Positions 17,798-27,894 of a DNA stretch of 45,988 bases are shown piece by piece; within the stretch, counting starts at the first letter, position 1; every line of letters begins with the position of its first letter. The position numbers were made by a program, and so were the translations under genes. This DNA comes from Polyangiaceae bacterium (GTDB lineage Bacteria > Myxococcota_A > Polyangia > Polyangiales > Polyangiaceae), in the NCBI GenBank assembly GCA_033763455.1, contig JANRKO010000003.1:1-45988 (forward strand), read 5' to 3'. Under the pieces are notes generated by a model, which was given only the letters and a program-made list of their open reading frames with translations, had not been told where the DNA came from and did not search any database.

Positions 17798-19402
17798 ATG
17801 GCGCGCTCCCCGGTCCTTCGAAAGTTGGTTCAGTTAGCCCGCTCCGCGGGTCGCACACGCGCGCTAGAAGGCGCGCGGCCGCAAGCTTCGGTCACGCGTC
17901 GGCAGATATTACTTGGGGTGGCGGGCGCCGGCTCCGTTGGGTGGAGTTGTGCTGGTTCAGGCTCCCGTCCAAAATTTGCAGAAGGAGGAACTCCACGTGT
18001 GGTGATCATAGGCGGCGGAATTGCAGGGCTCTCTGCGGCTCTGGAGCTGCACGATCACGGCATCCGGCCTGCGGTGTACGAAGCCGCGAACCGCTGGGGT
18101 GGCCGTATCTTCACCAATACTGGATATTGGGATGGCGGCCAAACGAGCGAATGGGCAGGTGAGTTGATCGACTCGGGGCACACTACGATGCTTGGCCAGG
18201 CGCGCCGCTTCAGGCTTCAAGTGAACGATCTGCAGAAGCTTGAGGCTCAGGGCTCCGTGGACACCTTTTTCTTCAACGGTCAGTTCTATTCGCCCGCGGA
18301 CGCGCTGAAAGATTTCGCAGCCATTTTGCCCGCTATCCACGCAGATGCGGAGCAAAGCGGCTACCCGATGACGTACGCCAAGAACACGCCGGCCGGGGTC
18401 GCCCTCGATCGCATGAGCGTGAAAGAGTGGATAGAAGCGCGGGTTCGGGGGGGCCTCACCTCCGCGCTCGGGCAATTGCTTGACGTGGCTTACACCACGG
18501 AGTTCGGCGCGGATTCGAGCGAGCAAAGCGCCTTGAACCTCGTTTACATGTTGAGCGCCAATGAGGAAAGCTTTCGTATCTTCGGAGAATCCGATGAGCG
18601 TTATCACATTCAAGGAGGGAATCAGCGTTTGCCTTTAGCCATCGCAGAGTACCTTGGTTCGGAGAGTATTCATCTGGGGCATCGGTTGGTGGCGCTCAAG
18701 AAACGCAGTGATGGAGTGTTTGTGCTCACTTTTCAACACGGCCAGAGAACCCTAGAGGCGGTCACAGATTATTTGCTGCTTACCTTGCCTTTTGCTGTGC
18801 TGCGGACACTGGATCTTCAAGGGATGGGGTTTGATGAGCGCAAGCTCCTCGCAATTCGAGAGCAGGGAGTTGGGCGAAATGGAAAGTTGCAGCTGCAGTT
18901 TTCTGAGCGGGTTTGGCGGGGTAGGGGTGCCTGGCCGGGTGTCGCCAATGGCGGCTCGTTTTCTTCTTCCGGCTACCAGCTCTCTTGGGATGCAAGCCGC
19001 GATCAGCCTGGAAATTTGGGGATTTTGGTCAACTTTACCGGGGGCTCCATAGCTTCTGCGCTTTCTACGGCGGTACCCTGGGGTACCGCGAAGACACCCG
19101 GGGTGCCTGAGGATTCTGCGAAGTTCCTCCGGCAATTGGAGCCGGTCTTTAGGGGGGCCACGGCTGCTTGGCAGGGGAAAGCTACAAGTTCGCTCCCGCA
19201 CCTCGATGAGAACCTCAAGTTGTCTTATTCTTTCTTTCGACCCGGCCAATACGCGAAATTTGCGGGCTACGAGGGAACACGTCAGGGGAACGTGTTTTTC
19301 GCAGGCGAACATACATCGCTCGATTTTCAAGGCTTCATGGAGGGCGGAGCCGCTGAGGGGGTGCGTGCCGCCACCGAGATAGTTCAGGCGCTTCGCACCT
19401 AA
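17798..19402 (+). CDS. Flavin monoamine oxidase family FAD-dependent oxidoreductase, possibly Tat-exported
   Basis: 'VVIIGGGIAGL...YEA..RWGGRI', 'EWAGELID', 'FFAGEHTS..FQGFMEGG..EG'; twin-Arg-like 'TRRQIL'. Confidence 0.88.
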   Translation: MARSPVLRKLVQLARSAGRTRALEGARPQASVTRRQILLGVAGAGSVGWSCAGSGSRPKFAEGGTPRVVIIGGGIAGLSAALELHDHGIRPAVYEAANRWGGRIFTNTGYWDGGQTSEWAGELIDSGHTTMLGQARRFRLQVNDLQKLEAQGSVDTFFFNGQFYSPADALKDFAAILPAIHADAEQSGYPMTYAKNTPAGVALDRMSVKEWIEARVRGGLTSALGQLLDVAYTTEFGADSSEQSALNLVYMLSANEESFRIFGESDERYHIQGGNQRLPLAIAEYLGSESIHLGHRLVALKKRSDGVFVLTFQHGQRTLEAVTDYLLLTLPFAVLRTLDLQGMGFDERKLLAIREQGVGRNGKLQLQFSERVWRGRGAWPGVANGGSFSSSGYQLSWDASRDQPGNLGILVNFTGGSIASALSTAVPWGTAKTPGVPEDSAKFLRQLEPVFRGATAAWQGKATSSLPHLDENLKLSYSFFRPGQYAKFAGYEGTRQGNVFFAGEHTSLDFQGFMEGGAAEGVRAATEIVQALRT

Positions 19403-19408
19403 GCGAGC

Positions 19409-19771
19409 TCAGCCGCCTTCGTATTCACAGCGAGCATCACACGTTTCGTGCAAGATCACCTTCGTTAGCTCGGGTAGGCGTGGCTTTAAGCGAACCCACA
19501 ACCAGATCGCCAGGTTTTCGCTGGTAGGATTCTCAAGGCCTTCCACCTCATTCAAGTAGTGGTGATCCAGCTGGTCGTGGATAGGTTGCCAAATATTGTC
19601 GAGATCAGAAAAATCGATCAACCAGCCAGTCTTCGGGTTCACGGGGCCTTCGACAGCCAACTCCACCTTGAAACTGTGCCCGTGCAAGCGCGAGCATTTG
19701 TGACCTTCGGGCACCATCGGTAAGCGATGGGCGGCCTCGAACCGCATTTCCTTGAGCAAACGGACGTTCAT
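19409..19771 (-). CDS. queD: 6-carboxytetrahydropterin synthase QueD
   Basis: 'FEAAHRLP..PEGHKCSRLHGHSF', 'LDHHYLNE..GLENPTSENLA', 'ET'. ATG at 19771. Confidence 0.95.
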   Translation of the reverse strand: MNVRLLKEMRFEAAHRLPMVPEGHKCSRLHGHSFKVELAVEGPVNPKTGWLIDFSDLDNIWQPIHDQLDHHYLNEVEGLENPTSENLAIWLWVRLKPRLPELTKVILHETCDARCEYEGG

Positions 19772-19814
19772 TGCCGGGGAGCCTAACCCCGGCCGTGAGC
19801 CTCGGCAATCGCTC

Positions 19815-22800
19815 TCATTCAAACTCCAGCCGCCAGCGTATGTCGGCGCCAAGGTTACCGAACGAAGAGCTCGAGATGTCGTTGACGTTGTCGTAGGAAC
19901 CTTCAAGGCTCACGTCCGGGGTGACCTTCCACTCCACGTTGGAGCGCACTTCTCGCGATTCCGAAAGGCCGCTGGTAACGTTGGCGCGAATTCTTTCTGC
20001 CAGGCGTTTACTAATAGTAACAGTGGGTTCGGTGCGCCCTGTTCGAGAAGAGTACGCAGAGCCAAGGCGAAAATCGTCGATCACTGGCACCACGTCTGTC
20101 ACTGCTTGGTCTGCGCCTGTGATGGTGCCTAAGGCTTCGAGAGCGACGCTTTCACCTACGCTGGCAGAACGCGCTTGATCGAGCTCGGCACGCGTGAGGC
20201 CTACGGTAAGTAGGAGAAAGATGTCGTCTTGGTTGAGCGTTGGTTGACTCGAAAGGTCAATCTTTAGGCGCTCGGCGTCACCGTGAGCGTGCAATTGAAT
20301 ATTCCAGCGACCTCCTCGGCTGCTCGTTCCAGAATCCTGACCAGAATCGCCAGAATTCTGAGTGTTGCCTTGGGCATAACGCCGGTAGTCGGTTACAGCA
20401 GTCACATCTACCTGAGGTGCGATGCGCGTTGGGTTGTCAAAACGTACGGTACCTTGGCGGATCTCGAACTCGTTGCGCCTCAGCAGGATCCTACCGCCGG
20501 GCTTGAGCATTAACGCGCCACGCAGGCCGAAGCGCTGGTTGGTACCGGTCAAATTCAGGCCGGTGGGGTCCAACAGAACCTGAGCGTCAATCAGGTTGTT
20601 CTTCAATTGGATGGGCGCCTTAGCGCGCACGAGTATGTCGAGTTCCAGGAGGTCATCTGCCGGATCGTAAGCGTCAAACTCCGTGCGTGTGGTGCGCTGG
20701 GCCAGAGATTCGATGTCTGCTGTCATACTCACGGGGCGTGTGTATTCGAAGGAAACGACGTCGAGGCTCCCAGTGATTTTCGGTAGATTCTTGGCTTCGC
20801 CGAAGGTCTCTGAGTCGAAGGTAAACGCGAGCGCAGCGTCGAAAGTGCCGTGGATGCCGGCATCCAGGGGCAAGCTCACGTTTTCGGCCTTCACTTCCAA
20901 GCGCCCGTGTTGGAGCGAGCCTTTTACGACTTCGCTGCCGCCAGATAGACGCAATGTTCCGCCACCGAGTTTGGCCTCGCCGTGGGCTACCCGCACTTCG
21001 TCGGGTTCGATGTTCAGTGTGACGTTCAGATCACTCAACGGGCTGGGTAACCCAGCAAGGCCAAGCAACCCATTTTTTATTTCCAAACGCCCCTGGTAAG
21101 CCAAGGCGTCGAGTGAACCAAACAAGCGCAGAGATCCGAGCAGTGTACCTTTGACGTTTTCTGCTCGCGGGAGCAGGGCCGCCAATGCTCCAAGATCCGC
21201 AGGGCGCAGTCGCAGAGCAAGATCCAAGGCTGGGCGCACGCCCAAATTGCTAACGCTACCATCAAGATCAACAACGACGTTTTCCCCGGCAACACCGCTC
21301 ACGCGTGCGGCCATCGGCGGGATAGTGAGGGCCCCTTGGGAGAGCTCCAGCGGGCCGCTCTGGGACACTAGCTCTATGCCTACTTGCCCGCGCCTCACCT
21401 TCAATTCCTCCAGCGCAAAGGTGGCTTTCGAAGGTTGCAACTTCTCCGTTGAGAAGTTCACTAGATCGATGCGCGCGCTTAGGTGACCATCCAGGGCATC
21501 GTTGGCAACGAGGCTGGGTGAGAGCTCCGCCCACGGTCCGAGATCAAACTGTTTGAGAATTACGCCCCCAGTGAAGGACTTCTTCCGTTGCCTGCTGAGG
21601 CCGAGGCCGTCGAACACCACCTGCCCGGAAAAGAGCTCTCCTTTTAGGGCAAAGGTGCCTGTCGGCTTATCTTCTTCCCATTCGGTTTCAGAGAAGGGGC
21701 CCGTGATGGTGTTGCCGCAGCGCGTTTTTCCAAGGATCTTGTTGGTGGCGGGCGTGGAGCGCAAACGTACGGCGAATGCCGATGCGGGGAGCGTCTTCGT
21801 CCCGAGTGCGACCTTGCTTACCCGCACGGTCGAATCTACCGAGAGTTGATCAACGCTGCCGGATACCTTGCCCACCGCATCCACATAGCCGAGTGCAACC
21901 TTCTTAAGGCCCTCCATGGCGTCGATCTCGCTCAAAGGGAGCCTGCTCCCCACCACGCTACCTTCGAGCATTGCGCCCTGCCGCATCTTCAGATTCCCCA
22001 GAATCGTGCCCGTTCCCTTTTTGAGCGTGAAGCTGGAAACGTCGAGGTTCGCCCCGAGGTAGCTAGCCTCTTGATCGAACCATTCATATCGAAACTCGGC
22101 CGAACCGCCCGTGTAGTGTTCTTCAAATAGGTCGGCTTCTTTGATGCTGCTTGCGCCATCCACCACCAAAAGGCCGCCGCCGCAGCGATCTTCGGGGCCC
22201 CCGAGCGCGTAGTGGAGCCGGCCATCAAAGGAGCCAGTGCCGGCGATGGGATCGAACCTAGGGTCCTTGTCGAAATGGAACATCGCGAAAAAGTCGCGAA
22301 TGTTGAGGGCCTTGGTGGAAATGGCGGCATCGGCCACAACCGTTGCTTCCGTGTCAAAGTTCAAGCGAGCGTTGGGGATGAAGAAGGGGCTTTTGCCTTT
22401 TTTTCCGCGCAAATTCGTGAAATCGACCTTGAGTGGCACAAAGCGCACTTTCGATTCCAGGATGTCTCCCAACTCAAATCCCCCAAACTTAAACCCCTCC
22501 ACAGCCAAGTCCCCCAGTATCGGCGTTAACTGGGGGTCCCCATTCAAACCGACGCGTAGGCGCGCTTTGCCCGCCATCGGGATATTCACCAGCGGGCTAA
22601 TGTCTTCGAGTGAAATGACTGTGTCATTCACCATTTGAATGCCAAGGTGGCTGTCGAAGCCAATCGAGACCAGCTTTGCCGATAGGGTGCTGTTGCCAAA
22701 GCGTGCGTAGACGTTTTCGAGGTCGAAAGACTTCAGGTCGACGGCGAGGTTCGCCTGGAGGTCAGCGGCTTTGACCCCGATCATGTGTTCGCGTGAGGAG

Positions 22801-24185
22801 TCGTGGAAGGCGCGGCTCGTAACTTCAAAACGGTGAGTGTTGGCGCTGAATTCTCCACGAAGCTTGAAGGGGCTCAGTGTGGCACGAATGTTTGCCACAC
22901 GCGTGTGGGTGAGGTCCCATGCAACAATGGTGTTGGGCGTTACGCCAACGTCACGCATGATCCCAGGGAAATTCATGCCCTTGCCATCCAGAAGCTCTGT
23001 GCTGAGTGGCGCGTGGGGTTCGAACGGAGCGATGCGCGTGTTTACGAGGGTGTTATCGCCGTTAGCCCACCTGACTTGACTCTTCGGGATAAGGATAACA
23101 TCGCCCGTCACGTTCACATCGGCTACGATGTGCTCTGCTACTCGTGCAGGCCCGTAGTCGAGTCGGCTACCTTCGAGTTTCCCTTTGAATTCTGGCAGCC
23201 GCTGTCCGCTTTCAAAGCGCCCCTGGCCTGAAAGATGGATCCAGCCCCCCACCTTCGGGAGATCTACGTAGCGCTGTGCGATCTGAACCGGAGCGCGCAC
23301 CTGAACGGAGCCAAGAATTCTGAAATTTTTCCCTCCGAGGCGGGAGAATGCCACCTGTGAAAGCTTCACCGCCACGCGTTCGTCTGCTTCCGTGAGGCGC
23401 TTGGCGTCGCAGGCAGGCTCGGTGTTGGCCTGAGGGTTAACATCAGTGAGCGCCTGCAACTCAAAGCGTCGAATCAATGCACGTTCTGGTTGAAGCTCGG
23501 CGCGCAGATCCAGCTGGCAGATGACGTCTTCGTCGTACGCGGTGGAATTTTCGAGTGACCGCTGGTGCGAAACGTGGCTCGTGGCTGTGCGCACCGCGAT
23601 TTCAAAGGACGGCCCCGTGCCCGTAAACACGTCAATGTCCGCTCCATCGGTGCGAAGCTGCCAGGCTCCGAAGTCGACAGAAACTCTCCCGTCTGAGAGT
23701 GCGACGGAGGCAAACGGGGCGCGTTTGGAGGGCGCAGAAGCTTTTTCACTTTTTGGTAGCCGATAAGCAAGATTGGCGATCTTGCCATCTTGCATTACTA
23801 GCCTGACATTGGGGCGCTCGATCTCAATGTCGCCCGCGTCCAAGCGGCCACCGAGCAGCGAGAAGATTTTAGGCGTCACGCTGATAAGTTGCGCCGAAAG
23901 CACCGGGCCGAGAGCATCACTGGCTGGTAGCACCACGTTTTCAAGGCGAAGACGCAGGGGAAATAGCGTCACTCGAACGTCGTAGTTAGCGGAGATGCCC
24001 AGTTGCTCCCGAAGTGTGCGCGCTGTTTCTCGAGCGGCCCACTTCTGAATCGAGGCAGAACGCAGGACAACCTCGCTGATGACAGGAAGAGCGCCAATCA
24101 GCGCGAATACGCAGCACAGCAGGCGCGCGAGGTTGCGGCCCCACTTGGAACCGGGAATTCCGGGTGCGCTAGCCGCGAGCTGCAT
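19815..24185 (-). CDS. tamB: Translocation and assembly module TamB (AsmA-like, DUF490 C-terminus)
   Basis: 1456 aa, N-terminal TM anchor, beta-strand-rich body; C-terminus 'FEIRQGTVRF..P...P.VDVTA', 'LSSQPTLNQDDIFLLLTVG', 'GADIRWRLEFE'. Confidence 0.8.
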   Translation of the reverse strand: MQLAASAPGIPGSKWGRNLARLLCCVFALIGALPVISEVVLRSASIQKWAARETARTLREQLGISANYDVRVTLFPLRLRLENVVLPASDALGPVLSAQLISVTPKIFSLLGGRLDAGDIEIERPNVRLVMQDGKIANLAYRLPKSEKASAPSKRAPFASVALSDGRVSVDFGAWQLRTDGADIDVFTGTGPSFEIAVRTATSHVSHQRSLENSTAYDEDVICQLDLRAELQPERALIRRFELQALTDVNPQANTEPACDAKRLTEADERVAVKLSQVAFSRLGGKNFRILGSVQVRAPVQIAQRYVDLPKVGGWIHLSGQGRFESGQRLPEFKGKLEGSRLDYGPARVAEHIVADVNVTGDVILIPKSQVRWANGDNTLVNTRIAPFEPHAPLSTELLDGKGMNFPGIMRDVGVTPNTIVAWDLTHTRVANIRATLSPFKLRGEFSANTHRFEVTSRAFHDSSREHMIGVKAADLQANLAVDLKSFDLENVYARFGNSTLSAKLVSIGFDSHLGIQMVNDTVISLEDISPLVNIPMAGKARLRVGLNGDPQLTPILGDLAVEGFKFGGFELGDILESKVRFVPLKVDFTNLRGKKGKSPFFIPNARLNFDTEATVVADAAISTKALNIRDFFAMFHFDKDPRFDPIAGTGSFDGRLHYALGGPEDRCGGGLLVVDGASSIKEADLFEEHYTGGSAEFRYEWFDQEASYLGANLDVSSFTLKKGTGTILGNLKMRQGAMLEGSVVGSRLPLSEIDAMEGLKKVALGYVDAVGKVSGSVDQLSVDSTVRVSKVALGTKTLPASAFAVRLRSTPATNKILGKTRCGNTITGPFSETEWEEDKPTGTFALKGELFSGQVVFDGLGLSRQRKKSFTGGVILKQFDLGPWAELSPSLVANDALDGHLSARIDLVNFSTEKLQPSKATFALEELKVRRGQVGIELVSQSGPLELSQGALTIPPMAARVSGVAGENVVVDLDGSVSNLGVRPALDLALRLRPADLGALAALLPRAENVKGTLLGSLRLFGSLDALAYQGRLEIKNGLLGLAGLPSPLSDLNVTLNIEPDEVRVAHGEAKLGGGTLRLSGGSEVVKGSLQHGRLEVKAENVSLPLDAGIHGTFDAALAFTFDSETFGEAKNLPKITGSLDVVSFEYTRPVSMTADIESLAQRTTRTEFDAYDPADDLLELDILVRAKAPIQLKNNLIDAQVLLDPTGLNLTGTNQRFGLRGALMLKPGGRILLRRNEFEIRQGTVRFDNPTRIAPQVDVTAVTDYRRYAQGNTQNSGDSGQDSGTSSRGGRWNIQLHAHGDAERLKIDLSSQPTLNQDDIFLLLTVGLTRAELDQARSASVGESVALEALGTITGADQAVTDVVPVIDDFRLGSAYSSRTGRTEPTVTISKRLAERIRANVTSGLSESREVRSNVEWKVTPDVSLEGSYDNVNDISSSSFGNLGADIRWRLEFE

Positions 24186-24323
24186 GCGGAGCTCAGCCTA
24201 TCGCGGCCGGCGCGCTGGAGCCCACTTTGGGAGCCTTTTTGGGCGCCAAAAACTGAGGATTTGCTCGTAATTCGGCAGAAGGGGCTATGGGGGTACAAGC
24301 CTCCATCGTTGTTCTAAGGGGGT

Positions 24324-25325
24324 ATGCTAGAGAGGCGCCCCTTTTTCCACTCGTCCCCCGCCCGAGCTGCCCCAGCGAAAGTCGCCAGAATGCCCGAGGA
24401 AATATCAGCATCCGTCGCCAACCCCGAGCGTGCCATGCACGCCCTCGAACGCGCTGCGGCGTGTGCGGAGCAGGGAGTAGCGGACAGACCGATCGTGTTG
24501 GCCACGCGTGAGGATCTTGCGGCCCTCTCGCCCCAAGATCGCCGAACTCACTTGGACCGCGTGATGATGGGCACCCACGCGGATGAGGGCCTGGACGCGC
24601 TTTTGGCAGGCGGCGTGCTGGGAGCCCTGCTCCCCGAAGTGAAGGCGATGGTCGGTTTTGGTGATGGAGAGTGGCGCCACAAAGATGTGTGGAAGCACAC
24701 CAAGCAAGTAGTTACTCAAAGCGTTGGCAAGTTGGAGGTACGTTACGCGGCCCTCTTTCACGATATTGGGAAGGTGAAGACACGCTCCATCTCGCCTTCG
24801 GGCGAAGTGCACTTCTTTGGCCATGCGGAGGTGGGCGCGCGCATGTTTGAGCGCATGGAGAAGCGTGAGCGTCTATTCTCCACGGACGAAGCGTTGCGGG
24901 CGGAGGTGCATTTTTTGGTGCTCCACCATCTGCGCGCGAGCCAATACGACGGAAGCTGGACAGACAGCGCTGTGCGGCGATTCGCGCGCGAAATCGGTCC
25001 GTATCTGGAAGACCTTTTGTGTCTCTCGCAGGCAGACATTACGACCAAACGCCCAGAGAAGAAGCGTCGCGGCATCTCAATGATCCACCAGCTCTCCGAG
25101 CGCATCAACGCGCTCGCCGAAGACGATGCCTACGTACCGCCGTTGCCTAAAGGCGTCGGCGATGCCCTGATGGCTGCCTTCAACCTACCCGCTTCTCGCA
25201 AGATCGGTGAAATAAAGCGAGCGCTGGAAGCTGCGGTCGAGGCGGGGGAAATAGAGGGCCACCAAGAGTCCGAATATTACGTCGAGTTTGTTGCCCAACA
25301 TCGTGAGCGCTTCAGCCTTGCTTAG
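24324..25325 (+). CDS. HD-domain protein resembling the C-terminal half of HD-type CCA-adding enzymes
   Basis: 'HKDVWKHT', 'ALFHDIGK', 'FFGHAEVGA', 'HHLR', 'WTDSAVRR', 'ADITT'. Start may be 24390. Confidence 0.85.
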   Translation: MLERRPFFHSSPARAAPAKVARMPEEISASVANPERAMHALERAAACAEQGVADRPIVLATREDLAALSPQDRRTHLDRVMMGTHADEGLDALLAGGVLGALLPEVKAMVGFGDGEWRHKDVWKHTKQVVTQSVGKLEVRYAALFHDIGKVKTRSISPSGEVHFFGHAEVGARMFERMEKRERLFSTDEALRAEVHFLVLHHLRASQYDGSWTDSAVRRFAREIGPYLEDLLCLSQADITTKRPEKKRRGISMIHQLSERINALAEDDAYVPPLPKGVGDALMAAFNLPASRKIGEIKRALEAAVEAGEIEGHQESEYYVEFVAQHRERFSLA

Positions 25326-26643
25326 CACGGCGCCGGGTCGCGTAAGCCTTAGCCATCACGCGCGTAGCGTACGGCAGTAAGAGGCCAATCAGTCCTTTGC
25401 TCGGAGCCAACTGCCCCACCAAGCCAAACAGCAACACGAGTGTGCGCTCCACGTAGAAATATCCCGGTGGATACTGAACATTGCGCATGACATCGCGCAG
25501 CTTTCCTCGCAGCGCTTCATAACCACCCAGCTGGTCGAGGTGCTCGCGGGTTAGATTGGCTGCCGAGGTGAGGTTCATTCCAGCCAGGATATGCACGTAT
25601 TCCTTGCCAACCCGGCGCAGGAGCTCGCGGTCGCCCCCTTCGGCCACAAAACCCATGGTGGCCAGGCCGTTGAGTACTGCTTCGTCGCTCCGCTGTAGCA
25701 CCCCCTCGAGGACTTCTTTCATCCCTTCGGCGAGCGGCTCGGTGAGCTCCTCCACCGCTCCATAATCTAGGATTACCAGACAGAAACCGGGCCCAGCAGG
25801 GCGAACCAAGAAGTTCCCTGGGTGGGGATCGGCGTGGAACAACCGATGCTCAAACAACATCTTGAAGTAGCATTCGACAATGCGTGCGCCTAGAGCTTCG
25901 GAGGAAATCCCAGCGGCTGCTAGCGCTTCAGCATCCGTGATCTTGCAGCCCCGCTCGAAGCTCATGCTGAGCACCCCCTTTGCGGTAAGAGAGGCTTCCA
26001 CTTCGGGCACGACAACATTGGGCTGGTCTGCGAAGACGGCTCGCAGTTTTTCAAGGTTAGCGCGCTCGTGCGAAAGGTCCGTTTCCTTCGCGAGCATAGC
26101 TTCAAGCTGATCCAAGACGCGCTCTGGATGGGCGATCGGGAACAGCCACCGAACTACGGGTAAAAGGCTGCGAAGCACCCACAGATCTGAGGTGATCCAC
26201 TGCTCAATGTTCGGGTAGAGGATCTTAACAGCCAATTCACGCCCGTCGTGCGTGACGGCGCGGTGCACCTGTGCGAGTGAAGCTGCGGCGATCGGGCGCC
26301 TGTCGATGTGTTTGAACTTTCGGAGTGGGCGAGGGCCGAGCGCGACTCGCAAACGCTGCTCCACCTCAGAAAATGGCCGAGCTTTGGCTCGATCTTGCAG
26401 GGTCTCCAAGGATTCGGCGTAGGCCTTAGGTAAGAACGTCCCCACCACGCTCAGGACCTGCCCCACTTTGATAAAAACGCCGCCGAGCGAAGCGAAGCCG
26501 CGAGTCAGGCGGGTAGCACCCAATACGTGGGTCTTGGCGAATCGCTCAGCACGCCCGCCCAATAGCCTCGCCAACAACCACGTCCAAGCGTAGGTAGCAA
26601 TGAGCCCCCAGAAGAGCAGAAGTGCGCGGAGTGTGCGGAACAC
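25312..26643 (-). CDS. AarF/ABC1/UbiB atypical kinase
   Basis: 'FIKVGQVLS', 'LQD', 'PIAAASLAQVHRA', 'AVKILYP', 'FHADPHPGN', 'ILDYG'. Confidence 0.93.
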   Translation of the reverse strand: MFRTLRALLLFWGLIATYAWTWLLARLLGGRAERFAKTHVLGATRLTRGFASLGGVFIKVGQVLSVVGTFLPKAYAESLETLQDRAKARPFSEVEQRLRVALGPRPLRKFKHIDRRPIAAASLAQVHRAVTHDGRELAVKILYPNIEQWITSDLWVLRSLLPVVRWLFPIAHPERVLDQLEAMLAKETDLSHERANLEKLRAVFADQPNVVVPEVEASLTAKGVLSMSFERGCKITDAEALAAAGISSEALGARIVECYFKMLFEHRLFHADPHPGNFLVRPAGPGFCLVILDYGAVEELTEPLAEGMKEVLEGVLQRSDEAVLNGLATMGFVAEGGDRELLRRVGKEYVHILAGMNLTSAANLTREHLDQLGGYEALRGKLRDVMRNVQYPPGYFYVERTLVLLFGLVGQLAPSKGLIGLLLPYATRVMAKAYATRRRAKQG

Positions 26644-26816
26644 GACTACCTGACCCTAGCGCATTTCCGAATGGGTCCGAAGCCACTCAAACCGGCCCCT
26701 TTTTCACGTGGTCACGCTCCTGGGCTCAAGTTTGGGTCCGGTAGACCGTAGCTGTTGGGGAGGGAATGACCGGCCTACGGCCCATCGTTCCCAAGCCGCT
26801 GTTTTGAACACCGCCC

Positions 26817-27809
26817 ATGGATAAGCCCAATGGTCACAAAATCCTGGTAGCCGACGACGAACGGGTCGCTCGAACCATGCTGGTGAAGTGGCTTCAGAGC
26901 TGGGGCTACGAGGTGATTGTCGCAACCGACGGTCAGGAGGCGCTGGATCGGATTGCCGAAGACAAAGACATTCGGCTCGCCCTGCTCGACTGGATCATGC
27001 CTAAGGTGGATGGCGTGGATGTCGTGCGCAAGATCCGCGCAGGTACACCGGAGCCGTACATCTACACCGTGCTGCTCACGGCACGGGACGATAAGAAGCA
27101 CATCGTAGAAGGTCTAGACGCGGGCGCGGACGACTATTTGGTGAAGCCGGCGGACCCTTTGGAGCTCAAGGTTCGCCTTCGTGCGGGCAGTAGAGTGGTG
27201 GAGCTCCAAGAGGAGTTGATGAGGGCACGGGAGGCGATGCGTTTTGAGGCAACGCACGATGCACTCACGGGAATGCCGAACCGCTCGGCGTTGATGAAGA
27301 ACTTGAAGATAGAGCTCACTCGTTCAGCCCGAGGCCAACACGCTACCAGCATCCTGTTCGCCGACATCGATCACTTCAAGAAAGTGAACGATACGTACGG
27401 ACACGGCGCAGGGGACATCGTGTTGTGTGAGGTTGGCAAGCGGCTCATGCGTGGCATCCGCGCGTATGATCAGGTGGGGCGGCTCGGTGGCGAGGAATTT
27501 CTGGTAGTTTTGCCTGAGTGCGACGCGCGCCTTGCGACACTGGTAGGTGAGCGGCTACGGCGGCTTGTAGGCGCGAGCCCCATTTTGGCGGGAGGCGCCG
27601 AGATAACCTGTACGGTGAGCATCGGCGCTGCAGGTACTGATCAAAAGCTGGGTGTGTCACCCGTTGAGCTGCTTGAAGCAGCCGATGCCGCGCTCTACCG
27701 AGCCAAGGGCTCTGGCCGAAATCGCCTGGTACTTGCGACCACCCAAGATTTTGGCAAAGCAAACGCACCTGTCTCCACGCGCCCTCCGCCGGAAACGCTA
27801 CCGAGCTAG
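26817..27809 (+). CDS. Response-regulator diguanylate cyclase (REC-GGDEF)
   Basis: REC 'ILVADD...LLDWIMP...DDYLVKP'; 'DALTG..NR', '[14 protein letters not shown]', I-site RAYD, active site GGEEF. Confidence 0.95.
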   Translation: MDKPNGHKILVADDERVARTMLVKWLQSWGYEVIVATDGQEALDRIAEDKDIRLALLDWIMPKVDGVDVVRKIRAGTPEPYIYTVLLTARDDKKHIVEGLDAGADDYLVKPADPLELKVRLRAGSRVVELQEELMRAREAMRFEATHDALTGMPNRSALMKNLKIELTRSARGQHATSILFADIDHFKKVNDTYGHGAGDIVLCEVGKRLMRGIRAYDQVGRLGGEEFLVVLPECDARLATLVGERLRRLVGASPILAGGAEITCTVSIGAAGTDQKLGVSPVELLEAADAALYRAKGSGRNRLVLATTQDFGKANAPVSTRPPPETLPS

Positions 27810-27894
27810 TGCCAAAAGCCCGGGAGAAGGGCACGCACACGTCCGCCTCTGCTCGGCTGGCCAGGCCCAGGGCATCGATGCTATTAGCGCCCGC

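Noticed and set aside
27652..27894. N-terminal extension of EttA (similar extensions on aroA, pepA, queD, radical SAM and parvulin ORFs)
   Set aside because: Longest-ORF artefacts overlapping neighbouring genes; family similarity begins at downstream ATGs.
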